Shown: one piece after another, positions 62,892 through 64,000 of the stretch
Layout of the letters: each line of letters starts with the position of its first letter
Position numbering within the stretch: the stretch's first letter is position 1
Source of the DNA: Gammaproteobacteria bacterium
Lineage (GTDB): Bacteria; Pseudomonadota; Gammaproteobacteria; Ga0077536
Length of the DNA: 64,000 nt
Reading direction: 5' to 3'
Assembly (NCBI GenBank): GCA_963662545.2
Contig: CAXXLL010000003.1
Span: 2,272,001-2,336,000, forward strand
Program-made: the position numbers and the translations under genes
Notes under the pieces: generated by a model
Database searches by the model: none
What the model was told of the DNA's origin: nothing
The model's input: only the letters and a program-made list of their open reading frames with translations

Positions 62892-64000
62892 TGCGTATTC
62901 CAGCCCATGCCGATCACCGATTCCGGCGCAAGCCGATCACCCATTCCAGCTGATGCCGATCACTGATTCCAGCGCATGCCGATCATCGATTCCGGCTCAT
63001 CGCGATCACTTTCGGGCGATTGCCGGGATCGGTTTCGAGCACTGAAGGAGCGTTGACGACCGCAGGATAACAACTGGCCCATGGCACCCTGGACGTTTTG
63101 CCGTCCGGGGGAATTCCATGGCCACGACGAGGTTATCCATGCGCAAAATACGCGATATTGTGCGGCTGCATCATGCCGCCGCACTCAGTAACCGGGCGAT
63201 AGCCCGCGCCATCAAGGCGTCGGCCTCGACGGTCAGTGATTGCCTGAGTCGGGCGCGTGCCGCGAACATCGCTTGGCCGTTGCCCGAGAGCATGAGCGAC
63301 ACCGCCCTGGAGCAGGCGCTGTACGGCTCAAGCGCCAACCCGCCCAGTGGCCCACGACCGTTGCCGGACTTCGCCGATATTCATCGCGAACTGCGGCGCA
63401 AAAGCGTGACCCTGATGCTGCTGTGGATGGAGTACAAGGCCGCCCATCCCGACGGCCTCATGTATTCCGCCTTCTGCGAGCGTTATCGTGCCTGGCGAGA
63501 CCATCTCGATGTCGTGATGCGCCAGACGCATCTGGCCGGCGACAAACTGTTCGTCGACGATGCCGGGCAGACGATGCCGGTGATTGACCGCATGACCGGT
63601 GAGGTGCGCCAGGCCGAGATCTTTGTCGCCGTGCTGGGCGCCTCGAACTATACGTATGCGGAGGCGACGTGGACGCAAAGTCGGCCGGATTGGATCGGCG
63701 CCCACACCCGCGCATTCAGCTTCTTTGGCGGTGTGCCCAACATCGTGGTGCCGGATAACCTCAAAAGCGGTGTCACGCTCGCGCATCGCTACGAGCCCGA
63801 CTTGAATCCCACCTACCAGGACATGGCCACCCATTATGGCGTCGCTGTCGTGCCAACCCGGGCGCGCAAACCACGCGATAAAGCCAAAGTCGAAGTCGGT
63901 GTCCAGATCGTCGAACGCACTCTCCTCGCGGCGCTGCGTCATCGGCAGTTCTTCTCGCTGGCCGAGTTCAATGCCGCCATCGCTGAACTGCTCATCCGGC
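62892..64000 (+). mobile_element. istA: IS21-family element type C, copy 2 (istA from 63118, runs off window)
   Basis: Reverse-complement match to the left end and istA of 43522-46159. Confidence 0.95.

Larger units (their letters stand above)
32183..64000. mobile_element. Degraded integrative element or genomic island (P4/PICI-like backbone) filled with IS and cargo
   Basis: att core and integrase on the left, alpA and primase-helicase on the right; right boundary not visible. Confidence 0.65.

Overview
GC-rich bacterial DNA, probably proteobacterial, in two halves. Left half (1 to ~29.0 kb) is intact gene-dense chromosome. It has a 5'-truncated cytochrome P450, a flavin monooxygenase, a HAD hydrolase, a DUF1445 hydro-lyase and DUF1501/DUF1800. 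A ~16.5 kb surface-modification locus follows: AMP-ligase, GNAT, ACP, GT2, a GT-B glycosyltransferase, two TPR-glycosyltransferases, a stand-alone sulfotransferase, a lipoprotein alpha/beta hydrolase and two TPR-sulfotransferases, divergent from a repeat-rich autotransporter. After it come SDR, GST, CoA-transferase, enoyl-CoA hydratase and a PaaK-like ligase. Right half (~29.4 to 64 kb) is a decaying mobile region. It has a tRNA-Ser-type att core, a P4-like integrase and an alpA-primase/helicase module whose primase carries two AEP-type domains. It also holds six IS21-family copies of three types, IS481-like/IS3/IS6/IS1-like remnants, and cargo (OM beta-barrel protein, TonB-dependent receptor). 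No complete tRNA, rRNA or CRISPR array was seen. Best leads: the autotransporter glycosylation/sulfation locus, the double-primase fusion, a 68-bp motif repeated in inverted orientation 29 kb apart, and an apparent A:T to C:G bias in IS copies. All family assignments come from motifs read by eye, not from database searches.
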